Source: Bdellovibrionales bacterium (GTDB taxonomy: Bacteria; Bdellovibrionota; Bdellovibrionia; Bdellovibrionales; UBA1609). From it: a stretch of 64,000 nt of DNA. Numbering within the stretch: position 1 is the stretch's first letter; every line of letters starts with the position of its first letter. The position numbers and the translations under genes are program-made. Where the stretch lies: assembly GCA_007121385.1 (NCBI GenBank), contig SKLV01000013.1, positions 379 to 64,378 of the forward strand, given 5' to 3'. Positions 28,320-37,659 of this stretch are shown piece by piece. The notes below the pieces were generated by a model. It was not told the DNA's origin and made no database searches. It was given only the letters and a program-made list of their open reading frames with translations.

Positions 28320-29665
28320 TGAGTTTATTTGCCGCGCCGGAATTTAAAGTTGGGGTTATGGTGATCGTGGTTTCGGCCCTGATTGGCGGCATGTCTTTAA
28401 AGCTCTCCAAGGGCCCGGGAATGCTAGGGGGAGTTAAAAGACACCACTTCTATGTGGACAACGCCAGCGGCTTGGTGCGTCGCTCTGCTGTCAAGATGGC
28501 GGGCATCAAGGTGGGAATGATTGAAAATATTGAGCTGGTGGGCAATCAGGCCCGAATCACTGTGGTCTTAGAAAAGGACACCCCAGTCACCAGTGATTCT
28601 CAAGTGGTCTTGAGAGCTGATGGAATCTTGGGTGACCGACATGTTGAGATTGTTCCGGGCCTTCCTGAAGACCCCGTTTTAAAGGCTGGAGAGCCTCTTG
28701 CTGTGGCGCCCGCTACCGCCGGACTGGAAGAGATTATGGGAGAAGTTGGGCGTCTCACCAAGACCTTGAATGAGCTGGCTGAGAGTCTGACCCGGGCCAA
28801 TCGTGAAGAAGGAGACCTGGCCAGCCCCGTGGGTCGTATTTTGAATAACATTGAGCGTCTTTCTGAGGACTTGGCTCAACTGACGGGGGGAAATGTTGCC
28901 AAGGTGAACCAAGTCATGACCCATTTGGAGTCGGTCTCAAGGAATCTTGACTATTACATCAATGAGGCCAGCCTGTCGCGCTTTGAGGCCTCTTTGAGAA
29001 ATGTGGAAGACATTACTGAAAAAGTCAGTCGCGGTGAAGGCACCATCGGGCGACTGATTCACGACGACTCCACCATTGATGAGCTCAATATGGCCATATC
29101 GACCATTAATAGTTTTTTGGGTGGCTTTGCCAGCATGGAGACGAGTATCGATTTTCATTCGGAATATATGTTTTCGGCGGATATGACCAAGTCCTATCTT
29201 GGGCTTCGTTTACAGCCCGGTCTGGACCGGTTTTATGAGGTGCAGATTGTCGATGACCCTCGTGGGGTTTCCGAAAGGGTGGTCACCGAAACCTCTATTG
29301 ATGGTGGGGTGACTTCGGTTCGAGACGAGTTAACCACCTTTTCCAACCAGGTTAAATTCTCAGTTTTATTTGCTAAAAATTTCCACGACTTTACAGTGAA
29401 GGGTGGCATTATCAAAAACTCTGGGGGAGTGGGCCTAGATTACCATCTTTTCAACCGGCGTCTGAGTCTATCCCTAGAGCTGTTTGAGCTGGAGGACCCC
29501 TATTTGCGAAGTTTCGCTCGCTACAACTTTTTTAAGGGCGTCTACCTTATTGGTGGTGTGGATGATGCCTTAGGGGGGCGAGGGCCCGCCAGTGGCTTTT
29601 TGGGCGGTGGCCTGTTTATCACCAATGACGACTTAAAAACTTTGGCCACTCGTATATCTCTTTAA
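28319..29665 (+). CDS. mlaD: MlaD/MCE-domain protein (long form)
   Basis: N-terminal TM KVGVMVIVVSALIGG, then an MCE domain (...SAVKMAGIKVGMIENIEL...). The long C-terminal extension contains coiled-coil segments. TAATG overlap with mlaF. Confidence 0.8.
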   Translation: MSLFAAPEFKVGVMVIVVSALIGGMSLKLSKGPGMLGGVKRHHFYVDNASGLVRRSAVKMAGIKVGMIENIELVGNQARITVVLEKDTPVTSDSQVVLRADGILGDRHVEIVPGLPEDPVLKAGEPLAVAPATAGLEEIMGEVGRLTKTLNELAESLTRANREEGDLASPVGRILNNIERLSEDLAQLTGGNVAKVNQVMTHLESVSRNLDYYINEASLSRFEASLRNVEDITEKVSRGEGTIGRLIHDDSTIDELNMAISTINSFLGGFASMETSIDFHSEYMFSADMTKSYLGLRLQPGLDRFYEVQIVDDPRGVSERVVTETSIDGGVTSVRDELTTFSNQVKFSVLFAKNFHDFTVKGGIIKNSGGVGLDYHLFNRRLSLSLELFELEDPYLRSFARYNFFKGVYLIGGVDDALGGRGPASGFLGGGLFITNDDLKTLATRISL

Positions 29666-29680
29666 AAGTGAGGTAAGAGC

Positions 29681-31264
29681 ATGTTTAAGAATGCCTTGGT
29701 CAGCGTGTCTGACAAAACAGGTTTAGTTGACTTTTTGAGGCCTTATTTGGCCAATGGTCTCAGAGTGGTCTCGACAGGTGGTACGGCTCGTCACTTGCGA
29801 GAAAATGGCATTTCAGTGGTGGATGTATCTGAGCAAACCCAGTTTCCAGAGGTCATGGATGGACGAGTGAAAACACTCCATCCTCATATTCACATGGCTC
29901 TTTTGGCGCGACCCGATAAAGATGAGGACTGTGAAGTCTTAGAGACCTATGGTTTACAGACCTTTGATTTGGTGATTGGCAACCTCTACCCCTTTGCTCA
30001 AGCTCGAAAGCAGAATTTGTCTGAGACTGAGCTCTTGGAGTGGATAGATGTTGGGGGACCCAGTTTTCTAAGAGCTGCGGCAAAGACCTATGCCCGTACG
30101 ACAGTCCTCTGTGACCCCAAGGACTATCTGTGGGTGAGTGAAAGGAATGAGCTGTCTTTGGAAGAGCGTCGGGCTCTTGCGGCAAAGGTCTATGCTCACA
30201 CTTCAGATTATGATCGAATGATCAGTGAACACTTGAATCCATCGGCGAAGGTCTCAGTCACAGAGGACTCTTCAAATGGAGATCTCAGTCTCGAGGGTCA
30301 ATTTGTGGCCCATCTCCGCTATGGAGAGAATCCGCAACAGAGAGCCTCTTGGTACTCCTCTAGAGATTCAAAGGGGGAGGCCTGTCAAGGGCTTCACCAG
30401 GCTCAGGTCCTTCAGGGTAAAGAGCTGTCCTATAACAATCTTTTGGATCTCAGTGCGGCTGTTTCCATGTTGCGAGAGTTTTCCCATGAATCCCCTGCTT
30501 GTGTGGTGGTGAAACACAACAACCCCTGTGGTGTGGCAGTGGAAAAGTCGGTGGGGGTTCAAGAGGGTTTAAGCTCTTTGGCTGTGAAAAGAGCTTTAGA
30601 GGCCGATCCCGTGAGTGCTTTTGGGGGCATCTTGGCCTTTAACCAGAGGGTCACTTTAGAGGCGGCACAAGCTTTGTCTTCTATTTTTTTAGAATGTGTT
30701 GTAGCTCCCGAATTTACCTTAGAGGCCAGAGAGCTCTTGTCTGCGAAGAAGAATCTTAGACTTTTAGCCTGGCCTGATCTTCTGGGGAAAGAAGAGCCTA
30801 TTCAGGTGCGCAGCATTTTGGGCGGTTACTTAGTTCAGACCCCCGATCAAGTCGATGTCTGGCAGGATTCCTGGCGCCTGCTTCCGGACCAAAGCCTAGA
30901 TAAACAAATCACTTCAGATCTTCTTCTGGCTTGGAAAGTGGCTGCCCATCTCAAAAGCAATGCCATAGCCATTGCGGGAGGCGGCCAGACTTTGGGCCTG
31001 GGGATGGGTCAGGTCAACCGTGTGGACGCTGTGGAGCAGGCCATTGGCCGATTCCAACACTTTCATTCGGGTTTTATTGGTGTTCCCGTGTTGGCCAGTG
31101 ATGCCTTCTTTCCCTTTCCAGACTCCATCGAGAAGATAGCGCAAGCGGGAATTCGTTGGGTGATTCAACCGGGTGGTTCCGTGAAGGACCCGGAGGTCTT
31201 GGCCCGAGCCCAAGGTTTGGGTGTCTCCTTAGTTCTTACGGGCCAGAGACATTTTGCTCATTGA
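29681..31264 (+). CDS. purH: Bifunctional AICAR formyltransferase / IMP cyclohydrolase
   Basis: MGS-like N-terminus ALVSVSDKTGLVDF, GRVKTLHP and the C-terminal AICARFT region GGGQTLGLGMGQVNRVD. Length 527 aa. Confidence 0.9.
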   Translation: MFKNALVSVSDKTGLVDFLRPYLANGLRVVSTGGTARHLRENGISVVDVSEQTQFPEVMDGRVKTLHPHIHMALLARPDKDEDCEVLETYGLQTFDLVIGNLYPFAQARKQNLSETELLEWIDVGGPSFLRAAAKTYARTTVLCDPKDYLWVSERNELSLEERRALAAKVYAHTSDYDRMISEHLNPSAKVSVTEDSSNGDLSLEGQFVAHLRYGENPQQRASWYSSRDSKGEACQGLHQAQVLQGKELSYNNLLDLSAAVSMLREFSHESPACVVVKHNNPCGVAVEKSVGVQEGLSSLAVKRALEADPVSAFGGILAFNQRVTLEAAQALSSIFLECVVAPEFTLEARELLSAKKNLRLLAWPDLLGKEEPIQVRSILGGYLVQTPDQVDVWQDSWRLLPDQSLDKQITSDLLLAWKVAAHLKSNAIAIAGGGQTLGLGMGQVNRVDAVEQAIGRFQHFHSGFIGVPVLASDAFFPFPDSIEKIAQAGIRWVIQPGGSVKDPEVLARAQGLGVSLVLTGQRHFAH

Positions 31265-31278
31265 TCTCCCGTCCTTTG

Positions 31279-31301
31279 GAGGGTGACAGCCTCTCATTTT
31301 T
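31279..31301 (+). terminator. Candidate intrinsic terminator after purH
   Basis: 5-bp stem (GAGGG / CTCTC with one G-U pair), 7-nt loop, then A-TTTTT at 31296-31301. Confidence 0.35.
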
Positions 31302-31319
31302 AAAACACACTATAGATGT

Positions 31320-33146
31320 ATGGAGAATCAAGAATTAGCTTGGCTAGTCAAAAGTGGAGGGAGAATTCTAGGCCCCTTCACCAAAGAGGATGTTATCCAG
31401 CTTCTTCAGAGTCGAGAAATCGTAGTTCTTGATGAGATCTCCCACTCCCACCAAAGATGGTCCTATATACGGGACCATGCAGCTTTTGCCAAAGTTGTTG
31501 AAGATCTGAGGCAGGCTCAGTTTAAGGACCATAGTGAGGACACCTTCACTGACTCCATGGGAGGAAGCCTGACGGAGAGTATTACTGAAGCTCTGGATTC
31601 TGAAGTCAGTGATGAACTGACGGATGATTTGGATGGTTTTGTTCAGTCTGAAGAAATTGTCTATGACAATGTAAAAGATATCGAGGACTCCAAGAATTTT
31701 AAAGTGAATCAGGGAGTTTTTTCTGGGGCCCCGGGAGCTGAGGGCTCGGCCAGCCGAAGGCAGGGGCGACCGGCTCCAGCCTATGCAATGTCCGGAGATA
31801 AGAGAGTTCGCCGAGAAGTACAAAAAAAGAGTCAGTGGCTGCGTATGGCAGTTATCGGTGGCTTGGTCGTGGCCCTCTCTTTTGTACTCATTAACAATTT
31901 TTTAGTTCGGCCCATGATTGATCACACTGAGGCCAAAGATGACTTTCTCAATGCCAAAAAGAAAATTTATGTCGGAGAGGTGGCTGAGGGCTATGAGATC
32001 CTCCGGTCCGCTTCTCAGAGAGATCCGGAAAACGAGGAGTTGAAATTCTACCTGGGAGTTCTGGAAATCCAAGAGGGGGGCCAGACGGTCCGAGGGCGTG
32101 AGCTTTTGCGCTCAGTCTTAGGGCATTCAGAATTAGGCTACATGGCTCACACAGCAATGGGTTTGTCTGAGTTGAAAGATGGGGAGCTGGATCGAGCCGA
32201 GGATTCTCTGCACCAGGCCTTGCTCCTTAAGCCGGACTACTACTCAGCAACTTTAAATTTAGGTGTTATTGCTCTTTATCGTCAGGATTATTCCACTGCA
32301 ATCCAGTACTTTTCCAGCGTGGCAGAGACCTTTCCCGATGTGGCCGTGGCTCATATGCTGTTAGCGATGACTCACTTTGAGGCAGGACAGAATCAGAGCT
32401 CCCAAGACCATTATCGTTTAGCCCTAAAGGGGCTTGGAGATCTCTTGGCCTCCAGCAGTGAGTATCGTCAAGAGGCCGAGTTGCTCAGGGGTTACATATA
32501 CCTCCTGTTAGGAGAGAGTGAGAGGGCAGAGGCACAAGTGGAGGCCATTTTATCTGTAGATCCCTTTCTTATTGAGGAATTTCGGCCTAATTTGCTCCTG
32601 CATCGAGATGTTATGAGTTGGACAAAAGTTCGAGACTGGTGTGAAGATTTTGTTCAGGGGGTTCTGCAAAGCGCCAGAGTCATGGCTTTACGAGCTCTAT
32701 GTTTAGCTAAGATTGGTAGAAGGATTGACGCTCGTCGAGCTATAGACAGCGCAGTTAACCAAAGTCCAAGAGATACTATTGTACAGTCCATATTTGCCTA
32801 TGTTCTGTGGCAAATGGGAATGATGGATCAAGCCGGTGTGGCCTTAGCCAATGCTATGGAGCAAAATCGCTCGGGCAATGAGGTCTTGCCTTTAGTGCTG
32901 CAGGCTCGGTTTTGTTATCGAAATGGTGATATTGAATGTGCTATTCGCTTCTGGCAGCAGGTATTACAGATGGACCCCAAATCTGTATTAGCCTTGGGGC
33001 AACTTGCAAAAATTCATTTTGAAAAAAGAGAGTTCACCACAAGTCAAAACTTTCTGATCCGAGGTTTTAGTCTTTCAGATAACTACAAACCTCTTTACCA
33101 GGTTCGCCAATGGTCCTTGGACCAGGGCCTGCTGCCAGTTCAATAG
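31320..33146 (+). CDS. GYF_2-domain + TM + TPR-repeat protein
   Basis: N-terminal WLVKSGGRILGPFTKEDVIQLLQSREIVVLDEISHSHQRWSYIRD is GYF_2/DUF4339-like. TM MAVIGGLVVALSFVLINNF. Multiple TPR-like helices follow. Confidence 0.65.
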   Translation: MENQELAWLVKSGGRILGPFTKEDVIQLLQSREIVVLDEISHSHQRWSYIRDHAAFAKVVEDLRQAQFKDHSEDTFTDSMGGSLTESITEALDSEVSDELTDDLDGFVQSEEIVYDNVKDIEDSKNFKVNQGVFSGAPGAEGSASRRQGRPAPAYAMSGDKRVRREVQKKSQWLRMAVIGGLVVALSFVLINNFLVRPMIDHTEAKDDFLNAKKKIYVGEVAEGYEILRSASQRDPENEELKFYLGVLEIQEGGQTVRGRELLRSVLGHSELGYMAHTAMGLSELKDGELDRAEDSLHQALLLKPDYYSATLNLGVIALYRQDYSTAIQYFSSVAETFPDVAVAHMLLAMTHFEAGQNQSSQDHYRLALKGLGDLLASSSEYRQEAELLRGYIYLLLGESERAEAQVEAILSVDPFLIEEFRPNLLLHRDVMSWTKVRDWCEDFVQGVLQSARVMALRALCLAKIGRRIDARRAIDSAVNQSPRDTIVQSIFAYVLWQMGMMDQAGVALANAMEQNRSGNEVLPLVLQARFCYRNGDIECAIRFWQQVLQMDPKSVLALGQLAKIHFEKREFTTSQNFLIRGFSLSDNYKPLYQVRQWSLDQGLLPVQ

Positions 33147-33155
33147 GGGCAGAGT

Positions 33156-33782
33156 GTGAAAAACTTTATTCATTTTGTGAGTTTCTGGTTTTTGTGCCTT
33201 TCCGTTATCTCCTGCCAAAGTCGTGATATGGGGTTCAAAGAGCTCTCTTATCAGTCGCTCACTTTAGTGCCCCAGGATTTGGAGAAGGGGCCTCTGTTTC
33301 CTATTGAGCTCCTTGAATTCATTCAAGGTATGGGTGCTGAACCGAAAAAGCGCCGATCTTTTGGAGTTACAACATATATTTACCAATCCGGCCTGGGTGT
33401 TTTGCATAACAATGTTCGGGTAGAATCGGCTCTTGGGTGGGGAGACTTGGATTTGAGTTCTTTAATTAGGGCCTCGTCAGGTTCGTTTCAGATTCTGATC
33501 GACCCGGATCTTCCTGGGAACCAAGTGAGACAACTCAAGGCCCTGTTTGTTCCCGAGCATGGGCCCCAGGCCTGCACTGTGGTTTTAGATGTCACCCCTC
33601 AGTTTTTAAGGCAGTGGAGAAATGGGGGCTTTTCAGTCCGACTGCAAGATCGGAGCTATTTAGAGTCGATTGGGGGGCAATTTGTACTTTTCTTTTTTTC
33701 AGAGGATCGAGTTCACTTAGCGGGTCTAAGAATATATGATTCTCGCAGCTCAGCGTCCACTTGCCACCAAATGTTAAAATAG
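33156..33782 (+). CDS. Hypothetical lipoprotein
   Basis: GTG start. Signal peptide plus lipobox FLCLSVISC. No recognisable motif. Confidence 0.45.
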   Translation: MKNFIHFVSFWFLCLSVISCQSRDMGFKELSYQSLTLVPQDLEKGPLFPIELLEFIQGMGAEPKKRRSFGVTTYIYQSGLGVLHNNVRVESALGWGDLDLSSLIRASSGSFQILIDPDLPGNQVRQLKALFVPEHGPQACTVVLDVTPQFLRQWRNGGFSVRLQDRSYLESIGGQFVLFFFSEDRVHLAGLRIYDSRSSASTCHQMLK

Positions 33783-33794
33783 GAGGTTTAAGGG

Positions 33795-34808
33795 ATGAAA
33801 GACTTTCGCCCCAGTGCTTCTAAACAGTTTGTTGCTGACCTCAAAGAAAGAGATCAGTTGATGTCGGTGTTTCTAGCGAGTGATAAGACCTTGCTGGTCG
33901 ATCGGAATGGTAAAAAGTACCTCAGTCTTTCTTTAAGTGATCGATCAGGTAAGTTGAATGCCCGAATGTGGGAGCGGGTAGAAATTTTGTCCGAACAATT
34001 TCAAAATGGAGATTTCGTTAAGGTGAAGGGGCATGTCCAGCTTTTTCAGAATCGTCGACAGATAGTTCTGCACGATATTTGCCTAGCCCAGCCCGAAGAC
34101 TATCAAGTCAAGGACTTTGTAGCCTCCGATCGAGTTGAGCCCGAGCGAATGTATAATGAACTTTGCCGACTGGTTTGTGAAACTCAGAATCCTTTTGTTC
34201 GACAACTCTTAGAGAACACGATTAAAGATCCGGAAATCCGACAAAAATTAATGCAGAGTCCGGCAGCCAAGAGCATCCATCATGCTTATTTAGGAGGCCT
34301 TCTTGAGCACATCCTGTCGATCACAAACATGATGAAATTTTTAGCGGAGCATTATAGGCCTTTGTTAGATCGTGATCTTCTTGTATTTGGCGCTATCTAT
34401 CATGACATTGGGAAGCTCTGGGAGTTGCAGTTGGCCGATGGGATCCAATATACGGATCGAGGCCGACTGGTGGGTCATATGACTATAGCCTGTGAACTGA
34501 TTGATGAAAAAGCTGCTGAAATAGAAAGGTTTCCCTCTGAGCTCAAAGATGTTCTCAAGCATATTGTTCTCAGTCATCATGGAAAGCTGGAGTATGGCTC
34601 ACCCAAGCGCCCTAAGTTTCCCGAAGCTTTGGTTGTGGCGATGATTGATGACCTGGATAGCAAGCTCAATACAATTTTTCAATTTATGGAGTCCGAGCTG
34701 GAAGGAGGAGAGAGGTGGAGTCGTTATCACACCGGATTTGATCGATACTTCTACCTTTCTCATTTTAGGGAAAGGATAGAGGCTCAAAGAGAAAGCAGAG
34801 AAGATTAG
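33795..34808 (+). CDS. OB-fold + HD-domain 3'-5' exoribonuclease (YhaM-like)
   Basis: N-terminal OB-fold region (KYLSLSLSDRSGKLNARMW...GDFVKVKG). HD motifs HHAYLGGLLEH and IYHDIGK, plus SHHGKLEYGSP. Confidence 0.75.
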   Translation: MKDFRPSASKQFVADLKERDQLMSVFLASDKTLLVDRNGKKYLSLSLSDRSGKLNARMWERVEILSEQFQNGDFVKVKGHVQLFQNRRQIVLHDICLAQPEDYQVKDFVASDRVEPERMYNELCRLVCETQNPFVRQLLENTIKDPEIRQKLMQSPAAKSIHHAYLGGLLEHILSITNMMKFLAEHYRPLLDRDLLVFGAIYHDIGKLWELQLADGIQYTDRGRLVGHMTIACELIDEKAAEIERFPSELKDVLKHIVLSHHGKLEYGSPKRPKFPEALVVAMIDDLDSKLNTIFQFMESELEGGERWSRYHTGFDRYFYLSHFRERIEAQRESRED

Positions 34809-35338
34809 TTGTTGGCGTTAAAGAAAAAACTGCGTCGATAAGACTTTTCGGGCTCTTGGTAAGTTCCATACCAGCCTTCAAAAATTAATTCCACACTCCA
34901 GGAATTCGAGTCCGAGGCGGGCAAGCCATATAAGAACATATCTCTAATGAGCGTCTCAGTGGTCTTAGGGGAGATCACAGCGTGTCTGGGAATCCCAGAG
35001 GGGAGTTGAAATGTAAACTCTTCTACCACTTCCCTGCCAAACCTGAAGGTCCGCACTTTGGCGCCAATACCGGCAATGGTGAGGTAGCGGTCGGACTGGT
35101 TGTCAATGGAGTAGTTGAACTTAAGCCAGGGGCCGGCAAAAGAGACTTCGGTTTCATTGCCCTCTTCATCAGTTATGGTTGTTGTCCACCCGGCGTTGAT
35201 GACAATAGGAGAGGCAGGGCTAATGCTCACTTTGATCTGTTTACTTAGTGCATCTTCGTCACCACAACTGAGGAGGCTCAAACTCAATAGCCCCAGAGCG
35301 GCTAGCCTTAAAGCTTGAAAAAGTTCATTGAGTTTCAT
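34805..35338 (-). CDS. Hypothetical lipoprotein (beta-rich)
   Basis: Lipobox LSLSLLSC. No known motif. Confidence 0.45.
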   Translation of the reverse strand: MKLNELFQALRLAALGLLSLSLLSCGDEDALSKQIKVSISPASPIVINAGWTTTITDEEGNETEVSFAGPWLKFNYSIDNQSDRYLTIAGIGAKVRTFRFGREVVEEFTFQLPSGIPRHAVISPKTTETLIRDMFLYGLPASDSNSWSVELIFEGWYGTYQEPEKSYRRSFFFNANN

Positions 35339-35425
35339 GGTTCCAATTCTCCTTACTGTAAGACTGATCGGCAGTTTGCCCAGAAAACTTTAGACTTAGG
35401 TCTAAAGTGAACTATTTTGAGACAA

Positions 35426-36082
35426 TCACTCCACCAAAAGAATAAATTCAGCCTTTTCCCGGGGCAAGCCCTTAAGGAGCTGGGAGGCTTTTCCGTGGAG
35501 AATGACCTCATCCTCCCGACTAAGGTCGAGCCCTAAGGTGAGAGGCCTCTGCGGCCATAGCTTATCCATATCTTTGAGGGTTTTGATGAGGCGGTAGGGA
35601 GTGTCCATAATAATAATGGGGACTTTGATTTTTTTAAGGTCCCCCAGAGCCCTCTGTCTGGACTCACTATGGGCCGGCAGAAAGCCGCGAAAGTAAAACT
35701 CTTTTAACGGAACTCCGCAGACGCTCAAAAAAGCCATTAGACTGGAGGGGCCGGGCACACTGTAAACCGGCACGTTGGCTTGACGACAGAGACTCACTAA
35801 CTGGGCTCCTGGGTCGCAAAAGCCAGGGGTGCCGCAGTCGGAAACGAGAGCCACCATGGGGTGCTCAAGGCAGAGCTGAAGGAGGCCCTGAATGTCTGAA
35901 GGACGACTGTGTTCATTGAGGCACTCTATGGGTTTCAGGGGGATGCCCCACTCCCTGAGCCTTCGCCTCAGGGGCTTGGCTTCTTCTCCAATAATCAAGT
36001 CGGATTGATTTAAAATTTCTCGAGCTCTTTGGCCCAGGTCCATGGAGTTCCCGATAGGAGTGGCAATCACAAATAAACTCAT
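35426..36082 (-). CDS. rsmI: 16S rRNA (cytidine1402-2'-O)-methyltransferase, short form (tetrapyrrole-methylase fold)
   Basis: LFVIATPIGNSMDLGQRAREILNQSDLIIGE and DCGTPGFCDPG are typical of RsmI. Length 218 aa. Confidence 0.75.
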   Translation of the reverse strand: MSLFVIATPIGNSMDLGQRAREILNQSDLIIGEEAKPLRRRLREWGIPLKPIECLNEHSRPSDIQGLLQLCLEHPMVALVSDCGTPGFCDPGAQLVSLCRQANVPVYSVPGPSSLMAFLSVCGVPLKEFYFRGFLPAHSESRQRALGDLKKIKVPIIIMDTPYRLIKTLKDMDKLWPQRPLTLGLDLSREDEVILHGKASQLLKGLPREKAEFILLVE

Positions 36083-36084
36083 AT

Positions 36085-36714
36085 ATGAGTAAAACCATTG
36101 GCAGGAGGGTCAAATTGAGTCAAGGCAGGGGTTTAGAGGATGAAAAAAAGGCAAATGCAAAGTGGCTGACGCTTGAGCGAAAAGACATCTTTCACTCAAA
36201 GGTCTTTGGACTTCGAGCCGAGCGAGTCCAGCTGCCTGATGGACGGGTGATGCCAGCATATTACATTATGGACTTTCCCGATTGGGTTCATATTTTGGCA
36301 GTCACGCCCTCTCTCCACTTCGTTATGCTGTGCCAGTATCGCCACGCGGCAGGGGAGAGTTTTTTGGAGCTTCCAGGCGGTAGCACAGACCCGAGGGCTC
36401 CTGCTGAAAGTCCCCTCCAGGCCGCTCAGAGGGAGTTAGCTGAGGAGACTGGATACACCAGCAAAAACTGGGTTCATGTAATTAGCCACTCCCCCAACCC
36501 CGCACTTCAATCCAATCAAATGCACACCTTTTTAGCCTGGGACTGTGAGCTTAGCCAGGACCCTCAATTGGATGATTTCGAAGATCTCGAGGTGGTCTTA
36601 ACTCCCATCGCAGATGTTTTTGATCTTCTGGACCACGGCCAAATAAATCATTCACTGATGGCGGCCTCACTGGCTGGGGCTCGGTCTCATTTCAAAGAAA
36701 TTCTGGGCAAATGA
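36085..36714 (+). CDS. NUDIX hydrolase (ADP-ribose pyrophosphatase-like)
   Basis: Nudix box GGSTDPRAPAESPLQAAQRELAEETGY. Confidence 0.75.
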   Translation: MSKTIGRRVKLSQGRGLEDEKKANAKWLTLERKDIFHSKVFGLRAERVQLPDGRVMPAYYIMDFPDWVHILAVTPSLHFVMLCQYRHAAGESFLELPGGSTDPRAPAESPLQAAQRELAEETGYTSKNWVHVISHSPNPALQSNQMHTFLAWDCELSQDPQLDDFEDLEVVLTPIADVFDLLDHGQINHSLMAASLAGARSHFKEILGK

Positions 36715-37415
36715 AGTGGGGGATCAGCTCGGCGGGAGTGAACACTGTCTATAAAGACGACCTTCACCTCTGGACAGTGTTGTTCCACTTTTTCGATGAT
36801 CACCGGCTCATTCTCAAAGAAGTAAACCAAGGGATATTGGTTCTTAAGCTGTTTGAGTTGGTCCACTTTAAAATCGGCATCACTGAGGCCTTGGTGGGGC
36901 TTCATTTTAAGCCGAGAGCTATTTGGACCTTCTAAGGGTAAATTCCATTTTTTGAGCACTTTTGCAGTTCCCTCCCCCATTCGAGGTCGGTCCCGGCCGG
37001 TGAGGTACTCCACTCGGGAGCCCTGCTCATGAAGTCGCTGCACAAATTCCACAGACCCCGGATAGGGTTGGTCAAACTCCAAGTAGTGATTGCTAAAAAA
37101 GTGTTCCACCCAAAAATCTCTAATCTGAAAGAAAAAGTCCACCGTCGAGCGAATCCCGGAGCGGGAAAGGCAATCCTTAATGCCCCAGTCCTCACTCTGG
37201 GTTTGAATTCCCGCTAAAATTTCCGCCTCCTTGGGAAACCGCCGCTGTATGTCTTCTTTCCGGGCAAAGTCCTGCAAGATATTTTGGGTTCGATGGCTCA
37301 CATTAAAAATCGTCGAGTCCAGATCGAAAACAGAGAGAGGAGTCTGCCCAACTCTTATGTGCTCTTGATGCTCAACTAAGATTTTATTTAAAAGTGGTTC
37401 CGCTTTTAAAAACAC
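36687..37415 (-). CDS. HAD-superfamily hydrolase
   Basis: Motif I VFDLDSTIF. Later YLTGR and FENEP-type motifs. Confidence 0.6.
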   Translation of the reverse strand: MFLKAEPLLNKILVEHQEHIRVGQTPLSVFDLDSTIFNVSHRTQNILQDFARKEDIQRRFPKEAEILAGIQTQSEDWGIKDCLSRSGIRSTVDFFFQIRDFWVEHFFSNHYLEFDQPYPGSVEFVQRLHEQGSRVEYLTGRDRPRMGEGTAKVLKKWNLPLEGPNSSRLKMKPHQGLSDADFKVDQLKQLKNQYPLVYFFENEPVIIEKVEQHCPEVKVVFIDSVHSRRADPPLHLPRISLK

Positions 37416-37578
37416 AGTGGGCCAAAACTACCAGTTTATTCCTCAAAACTCCATTTTTTTGTCAAAATTCTTACCAAGCTACTGAGTAAAAGATGAGCAC
37501 TTTTTGCCCAATTGGTAGGGGCTTGGTTCACTCCTAGACGCTGTGTGAAAGTTCTCTCTTTTTCCTCAATTCCCGACT

Positions 37579-37605
37579 TAAGTCTTTGCCTTGGAGCGCC
37601 GATAG
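37579..37605 (+). promoter_or_regulatory. Candidate sigma-28 (FliA-type) promoter: TAAG-N15-GCCGATAG
   Basis: Consensus is TAAA-N15-GCCGATAA. Here TAAG is at 37579-37582, then exactly 15 nt, then GCCGATAG at 37598-37605. This lies about 55 nt upstream of the GYF-PilZ start. Confidence 0.35.
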
Positions 37606-37659
37606 TCAGCCTGAGACGTTATTAAGACAAAGAGTTTCAACCCACCATAGAGGTAATAA

